Shown here: positions 61,492-64,000 of the stretch, piece after piece
Layout: each line of letters starts with the position of its first letter
Position numbering within the stretch: the first letter of the stretch is position 1
Source of the DNA: Laetmonice hystrix
Lineage: Eukaryota
Direction of reading: 5' to 3'
Length of the DNA: 64,000 nucleotides
Assembly (NCBI GenBank): GCA_965235115.1
Contig: OZ249442.1
Span: forward strand, 21,390,001 to 21,454,000
The notes under the pieces: model-generated
Told to the model about the DNA's origin: nothing
Database searches by the model: none
Seen by the model: only the letters and a program-made list of their open reading frames with translations
Translations under genes and position numbers: made by a program

Positions 61492-62540
61492 TTAAAATGC
61501 AGAATTAGTTCAAAAATTAGACAATTAGGTCTATAAAATTAAAGTTACGATCTTTCCGTGAGGAGCTGCAGTTCATAGTCAGCGCAAACGGAACAGCTGG
61601 CCTGCCAGTGCGATTGACTGACGTCCATGATGAGCGGTTTCGCGAAAGCAATATTCTTTAAGCGAAAACAATGATTGTTTACACGAAAACAATATTTGTT
61701 TTCGCGTAAAGAATATTATTTGCGCAAAACAATATTTGTTTTCGCGAAAACAAACATTGTTTGCGTGTGTTTCGCGTAAACAAAAGCATCTGACGACTTT
61801 AAATCATGGCATATAGAAGCCACCGTAGTAGGGGAAGTTCACGTCGTCAATCACAAGGAGGCGCCACCATCGCGGTCACCACAGCTCCACGGGGGGAGGT
61901 GAGTATCTTGACGTAACAATATCTTTCTTTGCAGTTCAAACTGAGATGTAGGAGAAGGGTTGGCGCTGCATCTTGTCCTCTAGATGACAGGGCGCCCAGG
62001 ACCGAAGTTGATCCCAACCAGTCAGTCCAGTGCCTTTGACAGTGGCAGTGGCCACCCCCGTCGTCCAAACGATGTCTCCAAAAGCAAAACCTTTATTGGC
62101 TTCGACCAGGCGATGAAGTGGGTTGTTCAAGTGGGTTAAATTCCCCGCAAAGAAGTTCCAGCCGCAAAGCCATCGAGCTCGGAGAAAAACAAGAGTTGTT
62201 GTTGTTGCTTCGTTGACGTCGAGCAGCCCACGTCATCGACACGCCCAGTTCTTCGCCAAGATCTGCGGCCAGTTAACTCGGCCTACATGTTTACAAATTC
62301 ATCTCAGACCAGATGTCAATCATGTTTGTTAGATCATGGCCTTGTAACCTGTCGTATACATGAAAAACGGACAAGTCAGCCTGTGGCCAAATAGTCCGGG
62401 CGTAGGCACTTCCCTTCCATAACGCTATGGACTGGACCTGATTACACCCGAGCGATAAATTTGTTCTTGCCCGTGACGTCACGACCATTCCCCGACATGA
62501 GCCATGTTTTGGTAGTACATGGCTCGTTTCTGGCTTGGGA

Positions 62541-63385
62541 CAGGGGGGGTATCCACGTTCGCAGCGCCATCTAGGTCGAGCGATAATAGAGAACCAAAAC
62601 AATGCGGCCGAGACGACTCAAAGTAAAATCGAGTGCTTTGACAAAAATGCTGTCTATACGTTAAAACGTAATCAATTTGCCAAATTCGAGTTAGAGTCGC
62701 TTACACAGTAGTATCTTCTTTCTAATTATATCAGATTTGTGAGCTTTTGTGCTCTAAAAATATATATTTAACCAATTCATCGGACGTCGTCCGCCATTCT
62801 GCCATGACTGATAAATTGCTAAAAAATGGTTAACTTTAGACGCTGACCATACGTTAACTGGACGAGCGTTAAAAAATCAGTTACCACCGTTGGAAAGCTT
62901 ATCATTTTTTGTATCTAATTCTTCAACCCCGCTCGCAAGCGCTCCAAGATTTCTGTGTCATTAGAGCACTTTTGGGTAGTCTGTCTTTGCCACTGGTATC
63001 GGAGAGACGGCCAGGGATGTCCGGCTAGTCCTCGCGTCGAGTCGCGGAAAGCACCCGGGCTCGAGTCGCTGTCAGTGTCAGCCGACAATCAACTCGTAAA
63101 TTTTCATACACTGCGCCAGGAATCGTTATCAAACTTACCACCCACAAAGGCTCAAATATGTTCTAAAGCTATAGGAGCATGTTTTTTAATACCTCAGACT
63201 GGTAAAATTGTTAAAAAACGAGTGAAGGCTAGATCCTGTCCGACGCGTGAACATGGCTGCAGGGCGCACGGGGGTCCCGGCTCACGCTCAGCTCGAGTCC
63301 CGCTTGGTACTGGCGCGCTCGGTCTCTGCGACCGCTATTATGTTTGGTCGTATAGAGGGCGCTGCGAACGTGGACACCCCCCCTG
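62541..63385. mobile_element. Non-autonomous DNA transposon with 9-bp TSD GGCTTGGGA and CAGGGGGGGT(A/G)TCCACGTTCGCAGCGCC TIRs
   Basis: TSD at 62532-62540 and 63386-63394; 28-bp TIR with one mismatch. Confidence 0.85.
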
Positions 63386-64000
63386 GGCTTGGGAGGTGTG
63401 CTCGTGGGGTACGACGAAACACCGAAACCGAGAGAATTTACCGAAAACGACCGAAGTCGACCTTGGCATATCGACACCGACATCCAGATGGCAATAAGGT
63501 CGTCAGTTTCGGTCGGTTTTGGTGTTTAGTCGGACCGGTGCTCCCGGGCAGGAATGTCCTCAAGCTGGGGTAAAATGCGATCGTATTTTTCAACGTCCAA
63601 ACAAGTTTGCTCGTCCAATTTTACAAGTGAATCGACACATAATATTATGAGAAAGGTCGTTGTATTATGATAAATTTCTGTGCAGACAGGACAGGCTATC
63701 TCTAGAAATTGCGATGCAATACTTTCTCTTTAACGAAACCGTGACGAGTTTTAATGACAGTTTCGAAGTTGACTACAGGTGAGGAGCTGAGCGTCCACCA
63801 GTCACGACCGCGCCCTGGGAATTCCGACTGTGTACCGTTGTGAACGTGGGCGGTGGAGGCAGTGGAGGTGGCCAGCAATGCGCGTGAGGGAAACAAGTGG
63901 GCAAACCTCATCAAAAGGCGACTCCCGAGCCCACATGTGACCACAACCCACGCAAGGTGTCATGGCAGGTAACCGAATAAAACCAAAATGGACATTTCAC

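Noticed and set aside
61840-62530. GTGAGT...TTTGCAG splice-like pair and GC-rich coding-like sequence
   Set aside because: The implied intron is only 36 nt and all frames are interrupted; probably decayed transposon sequence that I cannot assign
62955-63573. 180-aa and 108-aa plus-strand ORFs
   Set aside because: Span the interior and TIR of a non-autonomous transposon; no protein motif

Overview
Eukaryotic genomic DNA from an invertebrate animal (spliceosomal introns, dense MITEs and minisatellites, three N-gaps); the species cannot be named from the sequence. (1) The minus strand carries a complete 36-exon gene (ATG 31135, stop 4562, 4710-nt CDS, 1569 aa) for a thioester-protein family member of the Mcr/TEP6 type. 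It has a signal peptide, macroglobulin domains, an LDLa module, GGAEQ in place of the GCGEQ thioester, and a hydrophobic C-terminal anchor. All exons were joined by hand and every splice phase is consistent; one intron is GC-AG. (2) Divergent from it on the plus strand is a two-exon, 131-aa secreted precursor whose second exon is absent from the ORF track (40191-40377 + 50562-50770). It reads signal peptide, two acidic pro-segments each ending in KR, then a 53-aa strongly cationic six-cysteine EGF-like peptide with non-canonical Cys spacing. This is the most novel item in the window. (3) A second signal-peptide gene starts at 890 on the minus strand and runs into a 48-bp minisatellite at the window edge. 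(4) Mobile DNA includes a Transib-type element with 239-bp perfect TIRs and a 5-bp TSD in Mcr intron 25, a truncated CR1/L2-like LINE, a decayed PIF/Harbinger transposase and many MITEs. A minisatellite in Mcr intron 8 has amplified a 5' splice site about 47 times.
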